The notes: generated by a model not told the origin, from the letters alone. A stretch of DNA of 64,000 nucleotides from an uncultured Verrucomicrobiae bacterium (GCA_963764165.1 CAVXRD010000001.1:896001-960000), one strand, 5' to 3'. Counted from the stretch's first letter, positions 27,102 to 39,509 are shown. Made by a program: numbers and translations.

Positions 27102-27132
27102 GGGTGATCCGAAAGGGTTGCCCTCTTTTTTT
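27102..27132 (+). terminator. Intrinsic terminator closing a putative small RNA
   Basis: GGGTGATCC-GAAA-GGGTTGCCC followed by TC and a T7 run. Confidence 0.7.
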
Positions 27133-27627
27133 GCCCGGATGGACCGGGCGAACCAGCCTGCAACCAGCCAACTATTCTGCAGAAAGTGTCCGCCGAATCG
27201 GCGGGTAATCCAAAAGCATTCATGCACGTTCTTTTAGCAGGCGCATTCTGTATGAATGGATAAATGATGTCACGGTTGGAAACGCGTAATATATGGGGCG
27301 CCTAACGGCACTCACCGGACATGGCGTTTCGACAACGCTGGTGAAAACCTGCAATGATAACGAGCCACTGTCAATTAAATCCGTTAAGCGCATCGTCCGC
27401 CCAGTTTCCCAGTTTCTTCGTCCCTTGCTTCGTGAGCATCAACCGGTTAAACTGCGGCCATAAGTGTGACTGCCATGCCCAGCGTCGAGAGCGATTGTCG
27501 AAAAGAAGTTTGCCAGCCAAATCCAGCAGCAGCATAGCGCCATAACCAGCCTTTTGGTTTAACGTGCTGCGACTGGTCTGCGACACAGTCGCGCTCCGCA
27601 TAAGGTCCCTCACCCATCACCCACGCT

Positions 27628-30600
27628 TCAGTTGATGAAGAAAAACTCGTTGGAGATCAGGAGCACTTGCGCGAACTTATCCCACGTCGCCAGTGGCTTG
27701 ACTTGCGTGCCGGGGAGGAGGAAGTTCTCGCGAGCGTCCCATAGACCCGTCAAACCGGTCGTTTCCGCGTCCGTCCGCGCCATCAGGACTCGCGGGGCCC
27801 ACTCGAAATAGTTGGCGCGCATTCCTGGCAAAGCTTCGACCATGAAATCGATCGTGTCGCCCTCGCGCACTTCAATGTTATCGAGGGTTGTCATGACCGC
27901 GCCGCTTCGCACCTGCCATTCGTTCAGCAATCCGAGGCGGCTGGAGACGACGAGTCCCTGCCCCGCGCCCTTGGTCGCCAGTTCGCCGCTGATGGAAATG
28001 ACGCCGTCCCGCGGCGCGATCCATCGGCGGATGGCGGCGACGCTGGCTTTGCCGGGAATGCCGCCAGCCGCGTTAAGCTGCACAAAACCCAAACGCGCCT
28101 GAGAGCTGGCGTCTGTTGTCCAGGCGCCGTTTCTGAAATTGGACAGCTTCTGGAAATCCTTCGTGCGCTGGCTCGAATCGTCGAAGAAGCCGGCGCCGTA
28201 ATCCCACGCGGAAGTCGCGGGTTCCACCGCGGCGGCCGACGGCTGCTCACGCGCGTATTCCTCTGCCAGTTCCAGCTCGCGGCCAGTCGGCTGGCGCTGG
28301 AAAAGCAGGCGGTACATCCGCGCGACAGTGGCGGCAGCGTTGTTGGAAGACGCGCCGCAGTGCGCGGCCACGGCCCGCGCGCATTGCGAGATGAGAGGGC
28401 CATTGAGCAAATACAAGGCCTGCGGCGCAACGATGGTCTCGAACCGGCCAGGCGTGCTCGTGTTGGGATCAGCGAAATCAAAGGTGCGAAAAAGGGAGGG
28501 CAGCTTTTGGCGGTCGATATAGGCATAAACTGTGCGGCGCGCGGGCGCGGTGTTTGAAGTGATGTCCACCGGGTGGCCGCCCACCGTGAAATCCAATTCC
28601 CCCGCGACCGACAGCAGAGAATCGCGCATGGCTTCGAAATCGAGACGCACGGGATTCATGCGCCAATACCGGGTATTGTCTGGATCCGTTTTGGAGACGG
28701 CCGCGTCGTAGGTGCTCGCTTGTTGATAGACACTGGAGAGCATGATGAGCCGGTGCAGCTTTTTGAGCGACCAACCGTCCCGCATGAAGCGCGCGGCCAT
28801 GTAATCCAGCAACCCGGCTTGCAAAGGGCGCTCGGAGCGCAGTCCAAAATCACCCGGCGTCGACACGAGCGGCGCGCCGAAGTGATGCATCCAAACGCGA
28901 TTGACAAACACGCGCGCGGTCAGCGGATTTTGCGGACTGACGATGTCCTCCGCCAATTGCAATCGCCCGCTGGCTTTTTCGGGGAACGGTTGCTCTCCCG
29001 GCTGGGCCAGAATCGAGAGAAACTCGCGTGGCGCCTCGGGCCCGCGCGTTTCTGGATTGCCGCGCAGGAACACTTTGGAATTGGCGGGATGCGGTTTGTC
29101 CAGCAAGACCATGGCCCGCGGCGGCGCCCCGGGATCGGTCGCCTCAATGTCCGCCAGCTTCCCCCTGAGCGCGTCGATCCTGTCGCGCATGGAATCGTCA
29201 ATTATATTTAGATTGGTCAATTCGGCGCGCGGCGGATTGAGCGGCGAATCCGGGGCCTCGGCAAACGCAATCAATTCGATCGCGTTGTCATCGCCAGTGC
29301 CAATCGCCGAGAAAACTTGATTGTATGTCGAAGCGGCGTCTTCCAAATTGGCAAAAACCCTGCCGGAAAAAGCCCTGGCCACAAACGGATTCAGGTCGGC
29401 GCCGGTGTATTTGGAGGCGCCGGCCGCCAGAGCCTTCCACGGGGCAAACAGCCGCCCGTGGTTTGTTTCGATCTGCGCCAGATTTGTTTTCCAGCTCAAG
29501 TAGACGGATTTGTGGAGGCCGCGCTCGCGGACCAAGTCGTCTTCAGCGACGGAGTTGCTGGCCAGGGGAGCGGCGTCATGCACGGCCAGCAGGTAGTCTC
29601 CCACCCGCCTGCGCAAGTTCTCGATCACCGCCACTTCGTTGGAACGCGCGCAATCATCCAGCATGGCTTGGGTGGCCTGAATTTTGGCCAGGTAATTCGT
29701 GTAAGCCTCGGACGGAGGCGCGGTCAGCAGCGGCAAATCGGGAGGCTCAGCCGAACTGTTGAAAACGCCGTGCAGCGAATAATAATCGCGCGCCGGTATG
29801 GGATCGAATTTGTGGTCGTGGCAGCGGGCGCAATTGACCGTCAAACCCAGCAATCCGCGCGAAACCACATCGATCCTGTCGTCAATAATATCGTTTTCGT
29901 TCCCGGAGAATCGGCGGCCGACCGTCAAGAAACCCAGGGCCGCCAGATTCCGGTGCTCGTTCGCGCTGGCGGGCAATTGATCGGCCGCCAGTTGTTCGAG
30001 GATGAATTGGTTGACCGGCTCGTCTTCGTTGCAGGCGCGGATCACGTAATCGCGATAAGTGTAGGCGTAAGGCAGCCTCGCGCTGTCGCGCCCGCTGGCG
30101 CTGCCGCTCGTGTCCGCGTATCGGGCCACGTCGAGCCAGTAGCGGCCCCAGCGCTCGCCGTAGCGCGGGGAGGCCAGCAGGCGGTCCACCACTGTGGCGA
30201 AGGCGTCCTTGGAGCGATCGGCCAAAAAGGCGTCCACCTCCTCCGGCGTGGGCGGAAGACCTGTCAAATCAAAAGTCGCGCGGCGAATCAGCGCGCGCTT
30301 GTCCGCCGGGGGCGACGGATGCAGGTTTTTGGCCTGCAAATTCTCGAGGATGAAGGCGTCAAGCGGTGTGCTTATCCATTTCTTGAGCTTGCGGACTTTT
30401 GGCACGGCCGGCTCGGTGATCGGTTGAAAGGCCCAATGCTTGCGCGCCGCCTCCAGCGATTGAGACGCCACGCTGGCGCCAGCCTCGCGCGGGTCCGGCG
30501 CGCCCATTTTCACCCACTCCCGCAAGTCCTCAATTTGCGCATCGCTGAGTTTGTGGTTTTTGGGCGGCATCTTCAAATCCGGGTCTTCATAGCCGATGGC

Positions 30601-30891
30601 CTTGATGAGAAGACTGTCTTCAGGACGACCGGGCACAATCGCGGCCCCGCTGTCACCGCCCTTGAGAAGATCATCGCGCGTGTCAAGCATGAAGCCGCCA
30701 TGAACCTTCTCGCTATGATGGCTGTGGCATCGGTAACAATTCTCGGCCAGCACGGGCCGGACTTTGCTTTCGAAGAAATCCAGGCCCGCCTGGGAGACGG
30801 CATTCGTGGCGGCAGAAACAGTCCAGCAGGCAAAAGACAATCCAACGGCGATAAGACTCGCTCTAAAACGCGCCAGGGCGCCCGCACTCAT
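27628..30891 (-). CDS. PSD1/DUF1553 plus DUF1549 and planctomycete cytochrome c domain protein
   Basis: Signal peptide; FFESKVRPVL..CYRCH; HWAF; YGERWGRYWLDVARYADT; CARCHDHKFDPI; NPLTARVFVNRVW; SNEFFFIN. Confidence 0.95.
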   Translation of the reverse strand: MSAGALARFRASLIAVGLSFACWTVSAATNAVSQAGLDFFESKVRPVLAENCYRCHSHHSEKVHGGFMLDTRDDLLKGGDSGAAIVPGRPEDSLLIKAIGYEDPDLKMPPKNHKLSDAQIEDLREWVKMGAPDPREAGASVASQSLEAARKHWAFQPITEPAVPKVRKLKKWISTPLDAFILENLQAKNLHPSPPADKRALIRRATFDLTGLPPTPEEVDAFLADRSKDAFATVVDRLLASPRYGERWGRYWLDVARYADTSGSASGRDSARLPYAYTYRDYVIRACNEDEPVNQFILEQLAADQLPASANEHRNLAALGFLTVGRRFSGNENDIIDDRIDVVSRGLLGLTVNCARCHDHKFDPIPARDYYSLHGVFNSSAEPPDLPLLTAPPSEAYTNYLAKIQATQAMLDDCARSNEVAVIENLRRRVGDYLLAVHDAAPLASNSVAEDDLVRERGLHKSVYLSWKTNLAQIETNHGRLFAPWKALAAGASKYTGADLNPFVARAFSGRVFANLEDAASTYNQVFSAIGTGDDNAIELIAFAEAPDSPLNPPRAELTNLNIIDDSMRDRIDALRGKLADIEATDPGAPPRAMVLLDKPHPANSKVFLRGNPETRGPEAPREFLSILAQPGEQPFPEKASGRLQLAEDIVSPQNPLTARVFVNRVWMHHFGAPLVSTPGDFGLRSERPLQAGLLDYMAARFMRDGWSLKKLHRLIMLSSVYQQASTYDAAVSKTDPDNTRYWRMNPVRLDFEAMRDSLLSVAGELDFTVGGHPVDITSNTAPARRTVYAYIDRQKLPSLFRTFDFADPNTSTPGRFETIVAPQALYLLNGPLISQCARAVAAHCGASSNNAAATVARMYRLLFQRQPTGRELELAEEYAREQPSAAAVEPATSAWDYGAGFFDDSSQRTKDFQKLSNFRNGAWTTDASSQARLGFVQLNAAGGIPGKASVAAIRRWIAPRDGVISISGELATKGAGQGLVVSSRLGLLNEWQVRSGAVMTTLDNIEVREGDTIDFMVEALPGMRANYFEWAPRVLMARTDAETTGLTGLWDARENFLLPGTQVKPLATWDKFAQVLLISNEFFFIN

Positions 30892-30893
30892 GA

Positions 30894-32339
30894 TTACGCC
30901 AGCAGCGCCTGCACCACGCTGCCCTCGGCACCGGTAAGCCGGAAGTCGCGGCCGGCGCTGCGATACGTCAGCTTCGTGTGGTCGAAGCCGAGGGTTTGCA
31001 GGATGGTGGCGTGCAGATCGGCGATTCCGACTTTGTCTTTGACAGCGTTGCAGCCGAATTGATCGGTCGCGCCGTGAACGTAGCCGCCTTTGACGCCGCC
31101 GCCAGCCATCCAAATCGAAAAGCCGGTGGAGTTATGATCGCGGCCCTGGCCTCTGCCGCCGGCACTGTTTGAATTGATGTCGCTGGTCGGGGTGCGGCCA
31201 AATTCGCCGCCCCAAATCACCAGCGTTTCCTCCAAAAGGCCCCGCTGCTTGAGATCGGCCAATAGAGCGGCGATGGGCTGGTCGCAATCCATGGCGGACT
31301 GGCGAAGGCCACTCTCGATTTGCGTGTGATGGTCCCAGCCGTTGTGCCACGCTTGAACAAACCGGACACCGCGCTCGATCAGGCGGCGCGTAATAAGAAG
31401 CTGCCGGCCCTGCGGGGTGTCGCCGTAAAGGGCGCGAATGCCGGGCGGTTCGCCAGTCAAGTCGAAGGCATCGCTCGCGGCGATCTGCATGTGGAAGGCG
31501 GTTTCGAACGATTGAATACGGCTCTCCAGCGGACCTTCCTCGGCGCACGTTTTAGCGTGCTCTTCCTCGAGGCGATGCAGCAAATCCAGTTGGCGGCGTT
31601 GCTCCGGCAGCGAGGTGGTGGGGCTGCGGATATATTCGATAAGTTTCTCGATCCGCACATTGTGGGTCTCCAGGTAAGTGCCTTGGAAACTCCCGGGCAG
31701 GAACGCGCTCTGCCAGTTTTGTTCGCCGAGCAGGGGCCGTCCGTTGGGGCTCAGCGCGATAAAGCCGGGCAGATTCTGGTTTTCCGTACCCAGGCCGTAG
31801 GTCACCCACGAACCCATGCTCGGCCGGGGGAATCGTGATTCGCCCGTGTTCATGTTCAACATCGCAATGTCGTGGCTCGGCACGGCGGTCTGCATCGAAC
31901 GGATGATGGTCATGTCATCCACATGCTGGGCCAACCGCGGGAAAACTTCGCTGACCTCAATGCCGCTCTGCCCGTGCCGTCTGAATTGGAAAGGCGAGGG
32001 AAAAGCCGCGCCGGGGCGCATGATGGATTTGTCAATCTCCTTAAGCGATTGGCCGGCGAATTTGGCGAGCGCGGGTTTGGGATCAAACGTATCCACGTGC
32101 GACGGCCCGCCCGCCATGAACAGATGAATGACTTGCTTGGCCTTGGCCGGGAATTGCGGGGGACGCGGAGACAAGGGCGATAGAACGCTGTCCGCGCGAG
32201 CCGACGGAGCCAGCCAGCCGGCTGAATCGAGCAGCGACGCCAAACCGAGCGCTCCCATGCCCATGCCGCAACGGCAGAGGAATTTGCGCCGGGTCAGAAA
32301 CCGGTCCGCAGGGTGCATTTGATGTTCCCTCTTGTTCAT
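30894..32339 (-). CDS. DUF1501 protein (Tat-exported)
   Basis: TRRKFL Tat motif; AKQVIHLFMAGGPSHVDTFDPKP; WDHH; GGEFGRTP; GRDH; DLHATIL. Confidence 0.95.
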   Translation of the reverse strand: MNKREHQMHPADRFLTRRKFLCRCGMGMGALGLASLLDSAGWLAPSARADSVLSPLSPRPPQFPAKAKQVIHLFMAGGPSHVDTFDPKPALAKFAGQSLKEIDKSIMRPGAAFPSPFQFRRHGQSGIEVSEVFPRLAQHVDDMTIIRSMQTAVPSHDIAMLNMNTGESRFPRPSMGSWVTYGLGTENQNLPGFIALSPNGRPLLGEQNWQSAFLPGSFQGTYLETHNVRIEKLIEYIRSPTTSLPEQRRQLDLLHRLEEEHAKTCAEEGPLESRIQSFETAFHMQIAASDAFDLTGEPPGIRALYGDTPQGRQLLITRRLIERGVRFVQAWHNGWDHHTQIESGLRQSAMDCDQPIAALLADLKQRGLLEETLVIWGGEFGRTPTSDINSNSAGGRGQGRDHNSTGFSIWMAGGGVKGGYVHGATDQFGCNAVKDKVGIADLHATILQTLGFDHTKLTYRSAGRDFRLTGAEGSVVQALLA

Positions 32340-32590
32340 GGACTGCTTGGAACGGGCACCACAATACATCGTCTAATATGGGAAATAATGCAAGGACAGC
32401 TTTTTCGCGCTTTGTTTGACTCGAAATCTGACATGAAATCGTCCCTGTCTCGACCGGCGAGTCGAAGGATCGAGGCATGTTTCATTGAAGCCCAGCGTAT
32501 CCTGAACGCGGTTGTGCGTTCCGGCCGGGAGATTCCTCGCCGCCAAAAATCTCTTTCCCAAATCGCCGCCTTCATGTTTAGTGGCGTGGA

Positions 32591-33529
32591 ATGACTCACA
32601 AGACTGCTTTGATGTTTGCGGGGCAGGGTTCGCAAAAGGCGGGGATGGGACGCGACTGGGCGGAACAATTTCCGCTCGCCAAATCCATTTTTGAGAAGAG
32701 CGGCGAGATTCTTGGTTTCGATCTCGCCCGCCTTTGTTTTGATGGCCCGGAATCAGAATTGACGCAGACGCAAAATGCACAGCCGGCGATTTTTGTTTCG
32801 AGCTGGGTCGCGCTCCAATTGCTCAAGGAGCGCATGCCCGGTTTCGTTTTCCATGCCACAGCCGGGCTTTCGCTGGGTGAATTGACGGCATTAACGGCAG
32901 TCGGCGTCTTCAGCTTTGAGGATGGGTTGAAAATTTCGCGGCAGCGCGGGAAATTCATGCAGGAAGCATGCGATCTCACCAAGGGCACCATGGCCGCCGT
33001 CATCAATCTCGATCAGGCTGTCCTGGCGGAAGTGTGCGCCACCGCCGATGTCGAAATGGCGAACCTGAATTGCCCCGGCCAAATCGTCATTTCCGGTGAA
33101 ACGGAGAAAATCACCGCCGCCTGCGAACTCGCCAAATCCAAAGGCGCCAAGCGGGCCATGATCTTGAGTGTGGCGGGCGCCTACCATTCGCGTTTGATGG
33201 CCAGCGCGCAGCCGAAGGTCAAAGCGATGCTCGACGGCATCCAGGTGAATTCCCCGAGCGTGCCAGTCATTTCCAATGTTACCGCACGGCCGCACGGCGG
33301 CCCGGACGAAATCCGCAATGGCTTGACCGCGCAGGTCGTTTCGCCGGTCCGCTGGGAGGATTCCGTTCGCTATTTGCTGGCGCAGGGATTCACCCGCTTC
33401 ATTGAACTGGGCCCCGGCGCCGCGTTGAGCGGTTTTCTTAAGCGCATCGATAGCTCCGTCACCATTATGAACGTGGAGAATGTCCCAAGCCTCGAAACCG
33501 CCGTGAAGAGATTGTCCGCGGAACCTTAA
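32591..33529 (+). CDS. fabD: Malonyl-CoA:ACP transacylase
   Basis: FAGQGSQ, QPAI, GLSLGE, NCPGQIVISG, AGAYHS, SPVRW. Confidence 0.97.
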   Translation: MTHKTALMFAGQGSQKAGMGRDWAEQFPLAKSIFEKSGEILGFDLARLCFDGPESELTQTQNAQPAIFVSSWVALQLLKERMPGFVFHATAGLSLGELTALTAVGVFSFEDGLKISRQRGKFMQEACDLTKGTMAAVINLDQAVLAEVCATADVEMANLNCPGQIVISGETEKITAACELAKSKGAKRAMILSVAGAYHSRLMASAQPKVKAMLDGIQVNSPSVPVISNVTARPHGGPDEIRNGLTAQVVSPVRWEDSVRYLLAQGFTRFIELGPGAALSGFLKRIDSSVTIMNVENVPSLETAVKRLSAEP

Positions 33530-33544
33530 TACTCATCCTCGAAT

Positions 33545-34294
33545 ATGTCGCAACCAACACTTGCCAGTCAAATCGCCGTCGTCACAGGAGCCGGGCGCGG
33601 AATCGGACGATCCATCGCGCTCGCCTTTGCCGGAGCGGGGGCGGACGTCGTTTGCGTTTCCAGAACGATGGAAAACGCGCAAAAAGTCGCAAGTGAAATC
33701 ACCGCCCTGGGCCGCAAGGCTTGGGCTCACGCCGTCGATGTCTCGGCCGCCGCCGAGGTGGCCGCCGCCGTCGAGAAAATCCTCGCCGAAGCCGGAAAGG
33801 TGGACATCCTCGTCAACAACGCCGGCGTGACGCGCGATGGCTTGATGATGCGGATGAGCGAAGCCGATTGGGATGCGGTGCTGGACACGAATTTGAAGGG
33901 CGCGTTTTTGTTTACGCAAGCCTTCAGCCGCTCCTTTCTAAAACAGCGATCCGGGCGGATCATCAATATTTCCAGCGTCATTGGCTTGATTGGCAACGCC
34001 GGGCAGTGCAATTATGCGTCAAGCAAAGCGGGCTTGCTGGGCTTCACCAAAGCTGTGGCCAGGGAATTTGCCTCGCGCGGGGTGACGGTCAACGCCATCG
34101 CTCCGGGATTTATCGAAACGGACATGACGGCTGTGCTGTCGGCTGAGATGAAGGCGGAGCTGCTCAAGCGTATTCCGTTGAATTCGCTGGGGCGCCCCGA
34201 AGATATCGCGAATGGCGCGCTTTTTCTGGCGAGCCCGGGGGCCCGGTACATCACCGGGCAGGTGCTGGCCATTGACGGCGGCATGGTGATGTGA
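33545..34294 (+). CDS. fabG: 3-oxoacyl-ACP reductase
   Basis: TGAGRGIG, NNAGVTRD, YASSK, PGFIETDMT. Confidence 0.97.
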   Translation: MSQPTLASQIAVVTGAGRGIGRSIALAFAGAGADVVCVSRTMENAQKVASEITALGRKAWAHAVDVSAAAEVAAAVEKILAEAGKVDILVNNAGVTRDGLMMRMSEADWDAVLDTNLKGAFLFTQAFSRSFLKQRSGRIINISSVIGLIGNAGQCNYASSKAGLLGFTKAVAREFASRGVTVNAIAPGFIETDMTAVLSAEMKAELLKRIPLNSLGRPEDIANGALFLASPGARYITGQVLAIDGGMVM

Positions 34295-34384
34295 GAGAAA
34301 TAGAAAATGAGATTCGGGGCTTGACGCTGCATGGAGCGTCGGGCATAGACAATCAAACTAAATAATTAATAACGGAGTGCATCG

Positions 34385-34630
34385 ATGGCTGAAAAATCTA
34401 TAGAGCAAAGAGTCAAAGAAATCATTGTCGAACAATTGGGCGTCAACCCGGATCAGGTCACGCCAGAAGCCAAGTTCATCGAAGACCTCGGCGCCGATTC
34501 CCTCGACACGGTTGAACTCGTGATGGCTTTGGAAGAAGAATTTGGCAACGAAATCCCGGACGAGCAGGCCGAGAAACTTCAGAGCGTCGGCGATGTCATC
34601 AAGTACATTGAAGACAGCCAGAAGAAATAA
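34385..34630 (+). CDS. acpP: Acyl carrier protein
   Basis: [20 protein letters not shown]. Confidence 0.98.
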   Translation: MAEKSIEQRVKEIIVEQLGVNPDQVTPEAKFIEDLGADSLDTVELVMALEEEFGNEIPDEQAEKLQSVGDVIKYIEDSQKK

Positions 34631-34681
34631 GCCGGCAGCACTTTGCCTGGGCAGCGCGGTCAAGCTCGCTGCCCTTTTTTT

Positions 34682-35941
34682 ATGGCCAGCCATTGGACAG
34701 AGCGGCGAGTTGTCGTGACGGGGATTGGGGTTGTTACCGCGTTGGGAACCACCCCTGGGGCTTTTTGGGAGAACATCCTTGCCGGCAAGTGCGGCATAGG
34801 GCCAATTCGCTCCTTCGATGCTTCGCACTATACAACGCGAATCGCGGCGGAAATTTCCGATTTCGATCCCGTGCCCGCCTTCCCCAGCCCAAAGGAAGCC
34901 CGCCGCGCGGACCGTTACGGGCAATTGGCGATTTTTGCGGCGCGGCAAGCCTTGATTGACAGCGGCTTGGATTTGGACAAGTCCAACCGCGACGAAATCG
35001 GCGTGTTCCTCGGCTCTGGCATCGGCGGACTTTTGACGATGGAGGAGCAGCATTCCATATTGCTGAGCAAAGGGCCCGGCCGCTTGTCGCCGTTTATGAT
35101 TCCGATGCTCATTCTCAACATGGGTTCAGGGTTGTTTTCGATGTATAATGGATTGCGCGGCCCCAACGTCGCCACGTGCTCAGCCTGCGCGACGGGCACG
35201 CACGCATTGGGCGAAGCGTGGCGCACCATTAAAATGGGAGACGCCGCGGTGATGTTCGCCGGCGGCAGCGAAGCGGCGGTTGTTCCGCTGGGCCTCGGCG
35301 GATTTTGCGCCATGCGCGCCATGAGCACCCGCAACGATGACCCCCAGCACTCCTCCCGCCCGTTTGATCGCGACCGCGATGGCTTCGTGATGGGTGAGGG
35401 CGGCGGCGTCATTGTCCTGGAAGAATTGGAGCACGCCAAGGCTCGCGGCGCCCGTATTTACGCGGAAATGTCCGGTTACGGAAATGTTGCCGACGCGCAT
35501 CACATGACTTCCCCCTCTCCCGGTGGCGAAGGCGCGGCCCGATGCATGAAAATGGCGCTGCGTTCGGCGGCAATGAATCCTTCTCAAATTTCCTACATTA
35601 ACGCCCACGGCACTTCCACTCCGCAGGGCGATGTGGCCGAGACGCAAGCCATCAAGACCGTCTTCGGCGACGACGCCAAAAAAATCGCGGTAAGCTCGAC
35701 CAAAGGCGCAACCGGCCATTTGCTAGGCGCGGCCGGCGGCGTGGAAATGGCCATTTGCATGAAAGCGCTCGAAACAGGCATCGCCCCGCCGACGATCAAT
35801 TTGGAAAATCCTGATCCCGAATGCGATTTGGATTACGTTCCCAACGTGGCGCGTGAAATCAAAGTGGGTGCCGTCATGAATAATTCCTTCGGCTTCGGCG
35901 GCCACAACGCCTGCGTCATTGCGACCAAATTCAATGGCTAG
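34682..35941 (+). CDS. fabF: 3-oxoacyl-ACP synthase II
   Basis: RRVVVTGIG, ACATG, INAHGTST, TKGATGHLLGA, NSFGFGGHN. Confidence 0.97.
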   Translation: MASHWTERRVVVTGIGVVTALGTTPGAFWENILAGKCGIGPIRSFDASHYTTRIAAEISDFDPVPAFPSPKEARRADRYGQLAIFAARQALIDSGLDLDKSNRDEIGVFLGSGIGGLLTMEEQHSILLSKGPGRLSPFMIPMLILNMGSGLFSMYNGLRGPNVATCSACATGTHALGEAWRTIKMGDAAVMFAGGSEAAVVPLGLGGFCAMRAMSTRNDDPQHSSRPFDRDRDGFVMGEGGGVIVLEELEHAKARGARIYAEMSGYGNVADAHHMTSPSPGGEGAARCMKMALRSAAMNPSQISYINAHGTSTPQGDVAETQAIKTVFGDDAKKIAVSSTKGATGHLLGAAGGVEMAICMKALETGIAPPTINLENPDPECDLDYVPNVAREIKVGAVMNNSFGFGGHNACVIATKFNG

Positions 35942-35959
35942 CGCTTGCTTCCTGCGTGT

Positions 35960-36316
35960 TCAAGCGCAAACGCTGACTTTTGAATTCTCATCAAGGGCGG
36001 TGCTGGCACCCATCCAGCGGGGTATCTTAAAGATTGCTGCGGTTCGCTGGCTCTGCAAAATCTTCTTTCCCCGCTGATCCGCCACGAAAATTCCATCGAT
36101 GGAAAAATTCGCTTGCGCTTCCAAGAACGCGGTCGGTTTTCGAGCCACCGTGATCGCGCGCGCGATGCCAGATGCAGGATGTGAATTGGTGATTTCATTC
36201 GCAGACTCCCCTTTTTCAGGAGGAGCCGTTAAGCATTCCTGAACTTCGGTTTTCTCGCCCTTGGCGGGCGGCGGCTCGCTTACCGCCGCCCTAAAAGCTC
36301 CGACTGTGAATTCCAA
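35960..36316 (-). pseudogene. Probable remnant of a PAS-domain sensor protein
   Basis: AFLEAQANFSIDGIFVADQRGKKILQSQR...FKIP resembles the start of a PAS fold, then stops. Confidence 0.5.
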
Positions 36317-36566
36317 GACGCTTGCATGAAGCGGCCAGGGTGTCCAGCGGGTGCGTTTTCTTCTTGCCTGAGATTTTTTTTATACCATAGTGAGTGCCGT
36401 TAACGCTGTGGCGATACAGGCACGGAAGTTCGGAATCTTTTCCAAGAATTCCTTGGTTTGGAGAGGCCGATCACTCGTGGCCCAAAGTCTTGGGGCACCA
36501 ACGGGGGGAGACAAGCAGATGTCGGCCTGCGCGAAATCGCCGCAAGTCGTTGCAATTAAATTGGAT

Positions 36567-36642
36567 GGGGTCGTAGCTCAGTTGGTAGAGCGTCTCGTTC
36601 GCAATGAGAAGGTCAGGGGTTCGACTCCCCTCGGCTCCACCA
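36567..36642 (+). tRNA. tRNA-Ala(CGC)
   Basis: 76 nt, GGGGTCG...CGGCTCC-ACCA with a G3:U70 pair; anticodon arm TCTCG-TTCGCAA-TGAGA; GGTTCGACTCC T-arm. Confidence 0.97.
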
Positions 36643-36687
36643 TCCTGATTTCAAGCACTTGCGTTAGGTTGACTAAAAGCAAGAGCG

Positions 36688-37005
36688 TCATTGATTCAAA
36701 ATGCCCAGGCGCTGACGCTTGAGCTCCACGGAATTGACGGATCGACCGAGGAGTTTAGCGACCTCGGCATCCGGAACTTTTCCGAGGAGTTGAATGTGTT
36801 TTTCGATCCACCGTGCAGGCCGCCGCTCGCCCGCCCAAGCGACAATGGCCAACTCCGAACGTCGGGCTTGGACGGCGGTTCTGGTCCGTCTCAGCAGCAG
36901 GGCCACTTGTTCGTCCGGAGGCGTGCCGAGAATCTTGTCATCTTCCGGCGGCCAGCGATTGGGCTGGCAGGGCGGAATTGCGGCAGGAGCATCGCTCCCG
37001 GACAC
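36688..37005 (-). CDS. Small protein or fragment with two HTH-like repeats
   Basis: Two copies of RW......LG..PD..VA.LL.R....V...R..L.I. Confidence 0.55.
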   Translation of the reverse strand: MSGSDAPAAIPPCQPNRWPPEDDKILGTPPDEQVALLLRRTRTAVQARRSELAIVAWAGERRPARWIEKHIQLLGKVPDAEVAKLLGRSVNSVELKRQRLGILNQ

Positions 37006-37012
37006 ACGTTAA

Positions 37013-39328
<2,316 letters not shown>

Positions 39329-39344
39329 TTAACCACCATAGGAA

Positions 39345-39410
39345 TTGCCTATTAAAATGCAACAACTTCGTTCGGTTCTGGCGGTGGCGCGGACGGGAGA
39401 CTTGAAGCAA
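39345..39410 (+). pseudogene. Degenerate 5' end of a LysR/OxyR-like regulator, divergent from katG
   Basis: MQQLRSVLAVARTGD resembles the LysR HTH start (QLRYxxAVAxxGxF); similarity is lost after that. Confidence 0.5.
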
Positions 39411-39509
39411 AGAATTTGTGGCGGGGCCGACGACGAGAGACGGGAGAGCGATCTGCAATTGTGTTCACGCCCATTGCGCGGAAACCAATTCTTGAGAATT
39501 CACCACCCG

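Noticed and set aside
16800..27600. CRISPR array or integron cassette array
   Set aside because: No regularly spaced repeat-spacer units, no cas or intI gene, and no recurring attC-like RYYYAAC...GTTRRRY hairpins after the genes.
23038..27750. Diversity-generating retroelement TR/VR pair (a gene 3' end repeated nearby)
   Set aside because: The six differences are not adenine-specific on either strand, and there is no reverse transcriptase in the window.
29317..31062. 581-aa plus-strand ORF and similar long antisense ORFs (6398-7417, 9001-10083, 11672-12574)
   Set aside because: They lie opposite well-supported genes in high-GC DNA and carry no recognisable motifs.
32591..35941. fabD/fabG/acp/fabF as a type II polyketide cluster
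   Set aside because: The sequences and gene order match housekeeping fatty-acid synthesis; there is no chain-length factor or tailoring gene.
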